64,000 nucleotides of DNA, from contig NC_086106.1 in the NCBI RefSeq assembly GCF_963921235.1, positions 23,188,001 through 23,252,000 on the forward strand, read 5' to 3'. Positions 37,600-50,142 of this stretch are shown piece by piece. The DNA is from Mobula hypostoma (Eukaryota). The notes under the pieces were generated by a model, which had not been told where the DNA came from, searched no databases, and was given only the letters and a program-made list of their open reading frames with translations. Within the stretch, counting starts at the first letter, position 1; each line of letters starts with the position of its first letter. The translations under genes and the position numbers were made by a program.

Positions 37600-40003
37600 G
37601 GTCAATGTTCTATTTACATGCAGGGCGTCCGGTAAATGAGTGGGCCAGTGAAGGAGTGGAGCTTTGAGGCTTTGGCTCGACAGGCGTCGGCGAGCAGAGG
37701 CTGAGGACGAGCTTGGCCCCAGTGAGGTAAGGCCGGGTACGTTTCTTTAATTAATTTAATTAACTTGGGAGTTGGTAATAGAGGCAGTATATAGGGCATT
37801 CCAGTGCTCCGATTGGAAGATGTGGGAATTCAATGACAGGACAATTGTCTCTGATGACTACACCTGCAAAAGGCGCATCCAGCTGCAGCTATGTTAAACC
37901 GAGTTAGGGAACTGGAGCTGGAGCTGGCTGTACCTCGGATCATTCGGGAGGCAGAGGCAGTAATAGATTGGAGTTTCAGCGAGACAGTCACCCCTACAAA
38001 ATCAGAAGATAGGTAACTGGGTGACTGTAAGGAGAGCGAAGTGGAATAGACAGAAAGAGCAGAACACCCCTGTGGCCGTTCCAACAACAATAAGTATACA
38101 GTTTTGGATACTGTTGGTGGGGGCGATCTACCAGGGACAAGTTGTAGTGGTCGCCTCTCTGGCACCGAGACTGGACCCTCAGCTCAGAAAGGTAGGAAGG
38201 AAAATAGGAGAGCAGTAGTGATAGGGGATTCGATATTTAGGGGGACAGAAAGAGGATTTATTGGTGAAATCGAAAATCCCGAATGGTCTGTTGCCTCTCT
38301 GGTGCATGGGTCAGCGGTGTCTCGGAAGAAGTTCTCGGTATACTCAGGAGAGTGGTTAGCAGTCAGATGTCGTGATCCACGTGCGGACCAATGACATAGA
38401 TAGGAGTGGAGAAGAAGTTCCTGAAGATATAAAAAAAAGCAGGACCAAAAAGGTGATAATCTCGGGCTTGCTGCCTGTGCCACGAGACAGAAAGGGTAGG
38501 AAAACGAAGTTGTGGCAGATGAATGCGTAGCTGAAAATTTGGTGCAGGGGGCATCTCTTCATATTTTTGGATCATTGGGATCTCTTCTGGGGACGGACTG
38601 AACTCTAAAAAAAGGGCGGGCTGCACCTGAAATGCAAAGGGACAAATGTCCTAGCAGGGCAGGTTTGACAAAGCATTTGGGGGGGGGGGGCGGGGGGGTG
38701 TTAAACTAGTTTGGCGCGGGAGGGTGTGGGAATCAGAATGTGAGTGTAGAGATTCGGGTAAAAGGACAAGGGCATGATGTTAGGTATTCAGGCAGGGGAC
38801 AAAACATGAATGTAGTCAGTTGCAGGGCTTGAAATGTGCCTATTTCAACGCTAGGAGCATTAGGAATAAAGGGGATGAATTCAGAGCAACACACACAATA
38901 ATGCGGGTGCACGCAGCAGGCCAGGCAGCATCGATAGGAAGAGGTCGAGACACTCCGTCAGGTCAGGACTTTCAGATAGCCCTAATGAAGTACCTCGGCC
39001 CGAAACGTCGACTGTACCGGAGTTTAGAAGTTTTAAAAGAAATATGATTGGAGGTAGAAAAGGTGGTGGTGGAGGCGGGCGGTGGGGGTTGATCGTAGCA
39101 TTACTGGTCACGGCTATAGAAATGGAGGGCGCTGCAGAGCGAGTGTCCACTGAGTCGGTGTAGTTGGAAGTCAGAAGTAGAAGGGATCATTTACTGTGCT
39201 GGGATTAGTCCATAGGATCCCAAATAACCCTCGGAAAACCGATGAGCAAATTGGCAGGCAGATTTTAGAATGGTACAGGAAACATAGGTTTATAGTTATG
39301 GGTGACGTCAACTTCCCGCATATTGACTGGCACCCTCTGACTGCAAAGGAAAAAAAATGGGGCTTAACTTTTCAGGTGTGTTCAAGAAGGATTCCTGATA
39401 CAGTATGTGTACCGGCCGACGAGAGGAGAGGCCACACTGGATCTAGTTCTGGGTAATGATCTTGGTCAAGTGGCAGACCTCTTTGTGGGGAAACATTTTG
39501 GTTAGAGTGACCACATCTCCCTTCGCTTCAGCATAGCTATGGAAAAGGATAATCATAGACAAAATGGGAAAGTGCTTAACTGGGGAAGGGCAAACTATGA
39601 AGTGATGATGTAGGAACAGACGAGAGTAAATTGGAAACAGTTGTTCAAGGGTGAAAGCACAGAAGTAATATGGAGGAAGTTTAGAAATCACCTGTGCTGG
39701 GTTCAGGATAGGGTTGTCCCCCACTGAGACAAAAAGAACCGTGGCAGAAGAAACACGTGGCGCAACTCGTCAAGAGGTAGAAGGAAACATATGTTAGATA
39801 TAAGAAGCAGGAAGCAGGAGGGGCTCATGAGAAATATAGGGTTGTGAGGAAGGAGCTTTAGAAAGGACTTAGGATAGCTCGCCGGAGGCATGAAAAGGCC
39901 CTAGCATGTGGGGTTAATGAGGTCCCCCAGGCGTTCTATGGGTATGTGAAGAAAAGAGAGGTGACAAGAATGAAGGTGGGAACGTAAGGGATAAAGACGG
40001 CAA
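37600..40003 (+). mobile_element. Degenerate CR1 LINE, 5' half (5' UTR, ORF1, endonuclease)
   Basis: ORF1 remnants (MWEF..DDYTC..ELELEL; AVVIGDSI), CAYFNARSIRNKGDE (38820-), VMGDVNFP (39196-39456). Confidence 0.85.
38888..39016. mobile_element. Inverted (foldback) Penelope mini-insert within CR1
   Basis: Minus-strand pLTR end (38888-38970) joined head-to-head to a plus-strand hammerhead segment ..CTAATGAAGTACCTCGGCCCGAAACGTCGACTG. Confidence 0.7.
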
Positions 40004-43000
40004 CATGTACCAGTCTTTCAGGCATGTTACCTTGGTCTTGTTTGGTACATGGGACAATGGTTTTCTGAGTATAATCACAAACAATGATAAAGTAATACAT
40101 AGCGTTAATTCAGGATGTTCTGTATTAACATTAACTTCATGTTATGTAATAGCAACGGCCGTAAAGAAACTTGTGACCCGTGTTATGTCTATTAATTATA
40201 TTTCAACGATTAATGCAGTGATGATCTCTTTCATTTTCGTGAGGGAACAGGATCGCATTAAGGCATTCCGCTTCTTCACTTTAGGTATACTTAATGACTG
40301 TTGACAGCGTTGGCAATAAATACCCTAATGCTGTAAGAGATTCAAAATACCCCTAAACAACGACGGCGTACGGTAGCAGCCGTTATTCAGATCTCCATCT
40401 TGAGTGTTCGGCTGCATTGGGCTTACGTAAATTGTCAATGTGCTGCTAAATCTGTCTTTTCTTTATTGTGTCGAATTGTTGTAGTAACGTTTATGTTCTC
40501 CTTCAGCTAAAGCACTCCAAAAATACTGCGTGTACCAATGTTTTTTTCCCGTTGTGAAGAACAGAGCTCCTACGTTTGCATTTTTTTTTCTGATACGTTC
40601 CTGCTCCTATTCCAATTTTCCCAAAATGAAGTAATTGCAAACTATAATGAGATTTTCTATGACCTGTTTCTGCTCTCTGATCAACTGTTTTCCTCACTCC
40701 ATTTATTTGTGACTGTTGCTTGCTAGGGCTACCAGTTGTTGTTTCAGTGTTTTGAGTAACTGAGCCAGCAATTTGTCAAATTAATTGTCCCACATCGGAC
40801 TCAATTTACCGATTCACTCCACAGGCAAATTCAGTATGTACCTGTTTAGTTTGGGTTCTTTCACACATGCGAACTAATTAAAGTAAGCTTGCTAACTCCT
40901 TTCCCCGGAGCGACTGGAGGATAGAGAAATACATTTGAGGATGTGGTGCTCGTCAGTTATGCCCTCAGACCTGCACCAGTGCACCGCGAATGCAAGACAG
41001 AAACAACCCGAAAAGAATGCTGTTGCATCTGATTACCGGGTCCACCATGCGGTTCAGGTCAAGCGACAGAAGTCCAGGTACGCGTTAAATACGACTCAGG
41101 AGCATGTTTGTTCATTGCCCTGCTAATGTGTCCGGAGTTGACAACATACTATAGAACCAATAATAACACAGCACAGGAGATAGTTATGAACGATTATTTT
41201 GCGCTTCCTTTCTCTTTCACACAGCCTTCCATGCTTCTTTCATACATCTGCACGTCTTTTTTGTTTCTTATAAGTCCTTAACGTATCGGCTTTCACCATT
41301 ACCTCGAATATCGCTTTGCACGCAAATGCCGCATACTGTGTAAAAATATTGTTGAGAAATCCAACTGGATTTTTTAAAACCAAATTATAACCATGAATCA
41401 GTGGTTTTCCGGCGTATATGAGGAATATGCATTCGTCCAGCTTCCAAACCGTCACAGGTATAGATTCTGGCCAAGCACTTCCAGCTTTGTCAGTGATGAT
41501 GCCTCGGCATTTCAAATGAGGCGGTATATATTCTTCTGTCGTCCGTCCCTCCTGATTGGTTAGCCCTCATGCAATCAGACTTCAGGTGTCTACCATGTCT
41601 ATAATGTCATTCCAGGGCTTACTTCAAACGACCTATTTGTCTTTGACAAAATCATTTTCTCAAGTTTTAGTTCCATGACTTCCTTCAAAAAATACTACCA
41701 AATGTCACTGGCGTAGTACAGTGATTTTAGGCCGTGGAACTCAATCCAATGACCATTCTGAATGCAATGCTCTGCTATGGCTGAATCCTCCGGGAAACCT
41801 GAAAGGATACATCACCCTGTGGATGTTTGATTCACTTTCTCCTCCATTGCAGAAATTGTAAACTTGCACACTTTCGACTTTGCGAAATGTTTAGATTGAA
41901 ATGTACCCATTTACATAACTACAAACTTTGAAACTATTGTACTAATTGATAAACACGCAGGCCATTGTAATCTGGTGCTATGTCAACATGTTTCTGACAC
42001 TGTTAATAAGATATGCGACTTCATTTACTGATCTACAAACTCTCTTCGTATTCCTGCAACAACTCTGAAGCTGGCGTCTGCGCCTGTTTTCAGACACTGT
42101 GGTCTCCCGTTGGGCAATTCAAATCTAGTAGCAGAAAGAGGTATTGAGACTAAGGTTTTAAACTTGTTGATTTGAGCTGAGGGGATAACTGTCTTGAGAG
42201 CTGAGCAGAAATGAATGCCAAAAAATGATGTTGTGAATATGAACCTAAATGAAAATTGTAAGCCACCACATAGTTGATGAAACTTTGACATGACTGGCTA
42301 GGCGTTTCCATTATATTTATTTCGCGAGAACGGGGTATGACAATCATGAACCAATCAAGAAACTTCTTTCAGAATGTGCAAAATATAGAGACATTTGACC
42401 ATGTTTGCCTATATGATAGGTCATTTGACCTTTATATGATGGAGCAATGCGTTAGGCGATTCAGGTCGGCCTAGAACAAACAAAAACACCAGCTGGAGCT
42501 ACTGCATTTCTGGTTAAATATCCGAATTTGGTTTCTTTTCAAACATAATGTAAAAAGGTTCAAGAAATGGATATTTTAAAGTGGTACCACACTAATAAAG
42601 ACAATGAATTAAATGAAAAAGAAAATGCAGGAGGGAATCAGCAAATCCTGTTGATAGATTGGAAGTGGAAAAATATAATTCAGGTTCCATATTGATGACG
42701 CTGTTTAAGATGAATGTAGTCTCAGGATGAGGATGTCTTTTCCAGAGTTAAACGTGGGCCACAGACATCTTGCAGATCTTGCCTGCCTGCTTATTAACTT
42801 CCAAATTTTGGCTCCTGATTTCTGACCAAGGTAGCTCGAACTGAAACAGTGAACAGACGTCCTATTAAAAGTTGCGGCCTGACCTGATAATGATGGAAAA
42901 TATTCTGCCTTTCTTGATGTTGTTGTTCATGCTGGTTTGCATGTCTTGTTTTGTCTGTTGCTACATCAGAGGAATTGCACTGATTAACTTAATTATACCA

Positions 43001-43047
43001 ATGTTTGCATGACAGAATGGGAATGTTAATAAATATTTGGCATTTTT

Positions 43048-43278
43048 ATATAGGCTTCAGTTAGTCTCATGAGACCGTGGATTTGCGTCTTGGAAGGTTT
43101 CCAGGGGTCAGGCCTGTGCAAGGTTGCATGGAAGACCAGCAGTTGCCCATGTTTGAAGTCTCTCCTCTCCACGCCACTGATGTTGTCCAATAAAAGGGCA
43201 TTAGGACCCATACAGCTTTACACTGGTGTCGTCGCAGCACAATGTATGAGAAAGTGCCTTGCTCAAGGACACACACGC
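43048..43278 (-). mobile_element. Second copy of the tRNA-derived SINE, 5'-truncated
   Basis: Colinear with 35150-35385. Confidence 0.85.
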
Positions 43279-43378
43279 ATTAGATCTCACTTAAATTGAT
43301 TAACACATTGATTTTCCAACGTCGTCGAGACAAATTCCCATGATGCAGATTTATCCTGCTGTACTTCCATGTCTTTAG

Positions 43379-44617
43379 TGTCATAAGGAAGTGGTTGGGA
43401 ACGGACCCAAGTGCAAGACACAGGCACTGAAGTACTAGGGACAGGACTAGGATACAGGGCGATGGCAAGTGCATGGACATGAAAACCAGGAATCTGGAAC
43501 AGGACTGGACAAAAGAACTAGGAGCCAGGGCTTGGACTCCGAGCCAGAGACTGGACAAGGACCCAGTACCTGAGTAGTGCCTCTCGCTCGGGCCCCATAC
43601 TAGGAAAGGACGAGGCCTGGCTGGCAGGCAGGAGTCGGCTGGAATCTTAGAGAATTGATGCTTGCTTCGTAGGAGGCAGGACAGTTGAGGCGAGGCTTGG
43701 CAGGAGGCAGAAGACTTGAGGCGAGGTTTGACAGGAGGTAGGAGGCTGGAGAGTTGAGGGGAGGCTTGGCAGGAGGCTGGAGTATTCAGTCTTGAGGATT
43801 AGCAGCAGGCTGTTGTCTTCAGGCTTGAGGCTAGAGGCTAGAGACTAGGCAGGAGTCTGTAGTCTTCAGGTTTGAGGCTAGGCAGGAGTCTGGAGTCTTC
43901 CGGCTTGAGGGTAGGTAGCAGGATGAAGTCCTCAGGCTTCAAGCTTGGCAAGAGGCTGGAGTCTTCAGGCTTGAGTCTAGGCAGGAGGATGGAGTCTTCA
44001 GGCTTGAGGCTAAGCAGGACGCTGGAGTCTTCAGGCTTGAGGCTAGGCTGGAGGATGGGGTCTTCAGGCTTGACACTAGGCAGGCTCCTCCTGGGCAGTG
44101 CGCTATTTACCTGGGCAGGGTGCGGTACACCTTGGCAGGGCGCAGTACTGCTGGTCAGGGTGCGGATCACCACCCGAGAGAGGCAAGTCACAGGAAGCGA
44201 CAGAACCAACCACAGGTAACGGCAAGGTGGCTTGGCTTACCTGGGCGGAGGCAAGGAACAGGGAGGGAGCTAGGTACAGGGTGGCTCCAGCACAAGACAG
44301 CAAGACAGGGGAAGGCTTCTGACAAAGCAAGGCGAGACGAGAACTTCAGGCGAGGCGAGAGTTACCGGCAAGGCAAGGTTTGGTTTCAGGCGAGGAAAGA
44401 GAAGGCAGAGCAAGGGATACAAGGAGTAAGGACAAGAACAATCCAGCAACCACGCCCTGGTCTCTGGAGGTATTTATGCAGGCAGCTCCAATAAGCATCA
44501 TCTGTCTCAATTAGAGCTAAACAAGAACAGAAACAGGGTAAACAGGAAAACCTGGAGAAAGGGTCCATGGACCGGACTGTGAGCCGGAATATGGACTTCA
44601 CAGATTGGACCATGACA
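43379..44617 (-). repeat. Solo LTR of family C containing a 33-bp minisatellite
   Basis: TGTCAT...ATGACA ends. Flanks TTTAG/ATTAG (5-bp TSD, 1 mismatch). Termini homologous to 24091-26294. Confidence 0.85.
43772..44085. repeat. 33-bp tandem repeat (~9 units, GGAGTCTTCAGGCTTGAGGCTAGGCAGGAGGCT)
   Basis: gtcttc/gtcctc core recurs with period 33 from 43862 through 43895 to 44060. Confidence 0.92.
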
Positions 44618-46139
44618 ATTAGACATTACATTGCGAAGAAGTTTCTACGTACATAATTACGCATTCTGCCGATAATGTTGTGAATGAATCACGGTTTACT
44701 CGTAAGATAATTCATTATCTCAGAATCAAAGAGTAGCATACGTGCAAAATGCCTCTCCACATACTGAAATTTCAGCAGGCGACAAAGATGGTGGTCAAGT
44801 TACACAGGACGGTGCAGTAATCTGTTTCAAAATCCCGCAGTATCGGCACGTGTCCTGCTGCGTCTTTAAACCACTTCGTATAACATACAACAGTACAATA
44901 ATGTTATTTGCTGTACCAGTGTTGCGTCAAAAATATGATGGAAACGCTTCAAAGTAAATGAAATTGTCTGGTGATGTTGAACGATTTAAATGTGTTTTTC
45001 AGAATGTCTTCAGTGGGAGATTGGGAATGAACGGCTCTTCTTTAGACACGTTTATACATGGGAATTTTTGTTCAATCCTCGGTTTCCTCCTTCCGGCAGA
45101 GGCGCTATCTCGTAAGCACATTTCTCTGCATGTATTCTATTTCCTTGTGCAATGCTGTTCTCGGGCATGGACAAGTAACTTGGAGGCATATATCCGTTTT
45201 TTGCCGATCGTTAGTTGAGTGTTATTGGCAGATTATAAATAGAAACATTACAGTTTAATTGGTTCCGCTTAACCGTTAAACGCCCTTTACCAGAAATACT
45301 TAGGTACTGCAGAAACGCCTGGCGATAATTGCATCCTGGTGTCGTTCTTCCGTTTTCTAGATTGTAAACTACCTGGAGGAAAATGTCTCAATTCTCTATT
45401 ATTTCCTGCGCTTCGTTATTGTTTTGTCTTCAGGATGATCTCAATTGCTTCAGTGAAAAAAAAATAGTAAATAACAGTACTGTTAACAATTACGTGAAAT
45501 AACGCTGTAAACAATTACCTTACCATTATGTTCCCACTATCTTCGTTGTACCGACCTAGGGCCTCTAGCTCCACTTTTCAGAGAGCTAAATCTCTTCTCC
45601 ACAGATATCAATCTCAATGCATAGCATTTCTGAGCTGCACGGGTCGTGATAATGCGACTCGGAAACAACCCTATATGTAACGTAAATATCTCGTTTTTTT
45701 TGCCTTTTGCAAGTTTCTTTTGAAGACCCTGACCTGGAGTCACAATCCTAATTCCCTTCTCTCCGGGAATCGGGCTCACTGTCAATGCGTCACGACCGTT
45801 TCTTAATATCCCAAGGGCGCGGCATGGACGAGTGGGTGCCAGATTTACGTGCCTCAGGAGACATGGTGATTCAAGACCGTTGGATCAACGGCCGAGGCGT
45901 CGTGGGAGAACAGGGAACATCGGGTGCAGAGCGTTAGCTGTCGGATATGTATCCAGAGACGTGAGCCTTTGGGCCAAATGTCTGGGTGCACAACTTGGAA
46001 AATGCAACGCAACACACTTCTAACATCAGAAATCAGCGAGATGTGTGTTAAGTCTCTCCTCTTGCTGTGAAAAGGGGTCACATCTTTTATTTTTCCCTTA
46101 TTAGGGAGAGAACCAGAGGCCCGAAGTTTTGCAAATGTC

Positions 46140-47150
46140 ACTTTGTTGATTCAGAAGGATGGAGGAAAAACATAACAAATTATAAGCCATTTAGGCATTC
46201 TGCAGTGATAAGCAATTTCTGAGAGGTTATTGTTAAGGAAGAAGCATTGATATATTTGGAAGTTCGTAATAAATTACGCAGAGGTGCTAATGGTTTAACT
46301 GAGGGTATATGTTGTCCAACAAAATATATTGGAAATATTTGAGAATGTAGCAGGCAGGATATACGTATGAGAGTCTGCAAATGACGTTTAGTCCGAAAGC
46401 TTTTGGAAGTCTGTTGACAAGGGCTGAATATTCGCTGCCGAATAACAGCTCATCGCTCTTAGCCGAAAGGATGGAAGAAACATAACTGCTAAGATGGATA
46501 GGAGGCAAGGAGTGGAAATAAAGGCATACTTTTCTGGTAGGCTGCTGGTGACTACTGTTGTTCCCCGGGGCTGGTTTTGTGACTGCTTCATTTCACGTTG
46601 TATGTCCATGAACTGGGAAACGGAGTTGACAGCATTCTGACCAATCTTGCAGAAGATACAAAAATAAGTCGAGGGGAGGTCAATGTTGACGATGCAGAAA
46701 AAAAAAGCGAGTACAGACGTGTCAGAGTCAGAAGATCTATAACATGTACACTGGTAAAGGGAATAATGGAGTTAACTATTTTCTGAACCGGTGAAAATTT
46801 AGAAACCAGAGTTGAAGAGGGACTTAGGAGTCCGAGTGCGTGCAGAGGCAACAGTGTAAAAGGAGGCCTATTATTAAGCAGATTTGGAGTGTGAAGATCA
46901 GCTCTGCTCAACATATGCAAAACAAAGATTTTCGGGCTTTGGAAAGAGTCAATGGAATGTTTTGACAAACGTTGCCTCGAAATGAAAGAGTTAACGAGTA
47001 AGAAACATCTGATTCTTCTGCTTTCTTACTCGCTGGAATTTAGGAAAATTTGTGAAGAACGAGTGAGCATACTGAATCCATTACAATACTGAGATGTCCA
47101 AATGGAATTGAAAGTCAGAGGCTGTTTCGTACACTGGGAGAGTCCAGGAG
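46140..47150 (+). mobile_element. Old CR1 RT-to-3' fragment
   Basis: Decayed PLFKKG..NY, KAFG.L and FADDTK-like segments. Confidence 0.7.
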
Positions 47151-47162
47151 AAGAACAAACAG

Positions 47163-47620
47163 ATTCAGAATCAGAATCAGAATCAGGATTATTATCACGG
47201 ATATGTAACTTGAAATTTGCAAACTTAGGTGCAGCATTTCAATGCAATACATAATCTAACAGATTAAAAAAATAATAAATAAATAAACAATAATAATAAT
47301 AATAATTAGACAAGTAAATCAATTAGGTAGGTTGAACAGAGTTCTTTTTTAATGTGCTGAAAGTGAAATACTGTATATCCTAAAAAGTGAGGTAGTGTCC
47401 ACAGATTCAATGTCAACGTAGGAATCGGATGGCCGGGGGATGTGATGTGGGTAAATTTGTTCCTAATTCGCTGAATGTGTGCCTTCGGGTTTCCGTTCTT
47501 CCTACCTGATGGGGACAGTGAAAGGAAAAAATGCATTCCATGGGTGCTGAAGGTCCTTTCTAATGGACGCTAACTCTCTGAGACAACGCTTCCTGAAGAT
47601 ATCCTGTGTACTTGAGGAAT
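47163..47620 (-). mobile_element. LINE 3' end (L2/Rex1-like) with (TTCTGA)n tail
   Basis: (GAATCA)n at ~47163-47186 followed by an AT-rich UTR. Family assigned from recall. Confidence 0.5.
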
Positions 47621-48167
47621 ATACCCAAGATGAAGCCTACTCTCAGAGTAAGCGTCAATACGTGCCCAGAAAACGGAGATGACGGGGAATTTATTGAGCC
47701 AAAGGGTATCTGAAACTCGAGAATTCAATGTCATAAACAGTTGTGGAGTTCAATATGCGATATATATTTAACTACAGTTTGTTAGTATCTTGGTTGCGAT
47801 CAAGTACATGAAAGATTACATGGACAATACGTGAGAATTCCGTTGAAGGGCAATAAAATTAATGCGACCGAATGCTGCAGCAGCCTTGCTCGTGTTACTG
47901 GTATAATTCTGCTTATATGTCTCAGGCTTAGTCTACTCTTTTTTTCTGTGTTACATGATTGATGTTTGACGATATGAAATAGTACTTCATACTCCGTCAA
48001 TATGATTAGCGTTTGATAGCAATTCAAGGAACATTTAAGGTTCAAGTCAATCAAATAAAGTTCTGCGCCTGGTAACAATGCGTTTTCTCTACCTTTCAAT
48101 ATTTGATTTTCCCGATGCTTTGGATTGGTTCGCCATCTAGCGAACTTTCACTGAATTAGAACTTATA

Positions 48168-48206
48168 TGCTTTTGTCTGAGTCCGCTATGCTGCTGCAAC
48201 ACACTG
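48168..48206 (-). promoter_or_regulatory. Defective 23-RSS of the V pseudogene
   Basis: CAGTGTG (48200-48206, invariant CAC broken), 23-nt spacer, ACAAAAGCA (48168-48176). Confidence 0.75.
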
Positions 48207-48692
48207 AGATTCATGGCACAGAGCTGCACGGCAGAGTCGGAGCTAAATGTCTTGTCGATTCTTAGCACCGTATCTTTAGCAGTTTTATTGAATGTAGACG
48301 AGATTCGGTCGGTGAGAGTACTATTCATGTACAGCAGCCGTGAAGCGATACGAAGCAGATAATCTGGATCCAGGTCGGAGAGCTGGCTATTCCTATACCC
48401 GTATGGGATTTTATCGGTTGTTTGCAAGGTGCATTTAAGTCTTCTATTACTTTTCTCATCGCGCTGCATTTCACTAACCGACTAGATCAGACTGTCTTGA
48501 ATGTTACAGACTAATAGAGTGAAAAGAGCAGATCTGTCAACAACATTGCTTTATTCAACTTATTGAAAGAGGTTTCACCAATAACAAAACAACGTTTTAG
48601 TTGAAATTCAAGAAATGTTTGAATTTACTGCGACGGAAATACTTACCAAAAAGTGGTATTGTCATCAGAAGCACCTGCAGGTGGTTGTTCAT
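48207..48692 (-). pseudogene. TCR alpha/delta-type V pseudogene (leader 48647-48692, V exon 48207-48510)
   Basis: Leader MNNHLQVLLMTIPLF plus G|GTAAGT. 136-nt intron ending TATTAG. Exon VCNIQDSLI*SVSE..RLKC..PYGY[R]NSQ..DRISSTFNKTAKDTVLRI..SDSAVQLCAMN. TAG at 48482-48484 and conserved Trp lost; both Cys present. Confidence 0.88.
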
Positions 48693-48733
48693 GGAGATTA
48701 TTGAGTCTGTAATTTGGCTACCTCAGTAACAAT

Positions 48734-49588
48734 TGTTACGAGAATACACATAAAATTAAGATGTTTGCTGGCCTGGGTTAGCATCAGTGACATCAGCAGT
48801 TGGTCTGCCACCTTGCCTCAGGGGAAGGAGAGATTAGGAACAATGGAGCAGCGTCTGGAGATGTGTAATGAAGGGACGTGGGAGAGAGAGAGAGCTGTCT
48901 GGAGCGGCTCCCCCTTTGAACCCTGAACTGTTTGAAGTGATGGACAAGCGATACCCCAGCAGGGGGATAAAAAGGGACAAGTTCGCTAAGACAGACACAC
49001 GCCACCCGAGGTAACGGGACCCTGGAAGCGGTGAGCCTCTCACGATTGGGTGAGAAGTATCGGACAACGACCAGGGTGGAAAGGTACGATCAGCGGGAAC
49101 CCGGTGTGTGTCCGCCCTTGCCTGGGTGCCGGGTTCACTGCAGAGGATCGTCCGCATCTGGAGGAGGTGTCACAGTCGGTGACCTCAGGTGACATCACCA
49201 ACGACCCGCCCAAAAGTTGCTTGTGAGCATCTCGCCGGTCTGTGAGTGAAGCAGTGTTCTGAATGATCAGTTGTTCCTGTTCTATCTCTCTCTTCCCCCA
49301 CGTTGTCCATCGCCATGGCAACGATTACTGCGAACTGAACTGGACTCAACTTTGAGTCATTTTGAAATTTGGTCATTTACCCCTAGACAACGATAGAGCT
49401 TGATTGATGCTGTTATCTTAATTCTGTGCACATGTGTGTCTATCATCGCTGAACTGTTGCATTTATTATCCTTTCGATTACTGTGTTGCTTGTTTCTTTA
49501 ATAAAACTTTATTAGTTCTAGTACTCCAGACTCCAACTGAGTGATCCATTTCTGCTGGTTTGGCAACCCAGTTACGGGGTACGTAACA
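48734..49588 (+). repeat. Solo LTR of family A (855 bp)
   Basis: TGTTACG...CGTAACA. Perfect TSD CAAT (48730-48733 / 49589-49592). Reverse complement of 8160-9014. Confidence 0.97.
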
Positions 49589-49972
49589 CAATCTTTCGGA
49601 GTATAGATGCAGATCACCTTTCCCAGCAGCCTGTTGTATGAACGAATCAGAAATAGCGACACCCTATAACGGTGCAACAACAGGTTGTAATATTCCGGAT
49701 TCAATGCATTTGCAATCATGCGATGTTAATCATCCAACGGCGTCAGCAGTGCGCAGTTTGAAGGTACGTTCAATCGAAACTAATTATTTTCCACCATTCA
49801 CTGCTACCTTTTAGTCACTCACTTTATTTTCCAACTTCGTACTCCACGGAGGGCTCAGGAAACTTGTTCGTATGAGTTTCCCTCAACGCTGATGAGATTC
49901 TGCAGCGGTGTTTTAGGTTCATGGCGCAGAGGTCAGTGCCGCAGTCAGAGGCAAAGCTTCATGGATCGTTAG

Positions 49973-50132
49973 AACAGTATATGTTGTTTATTCCTCCCAG
50001 TCAATGGAAGAAAATCTGTCACTGTCACTGGAAATCTAAACCATTCTACCGCGATTAACAGTATATTTTGTTTATTCTTCCCCGTAGATGGAAGAAAATC
50101 TGTCACTGCCACTGGAAATCTAAAATATTCTA
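49973..50132. repeat. Two-copy 84-bp tandem duplication
   Basis: aacagtatat..atggaagaaaatctgtcactg.cactggaaatctaaa..attcta starting at 49973 and 50057. Confidence 0.9.
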
Positions 50133-50142
50133 TAGAGATATT

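Noticed and set aside
42063-42130. Perfect CACAGTG on the minus strand after ..NCPTGD
   Set aside because: No nonamer at a 12- or 23-nt spacer, the upstream Cys-Cys spacing is only 58 codons, and there is no Trp motif.
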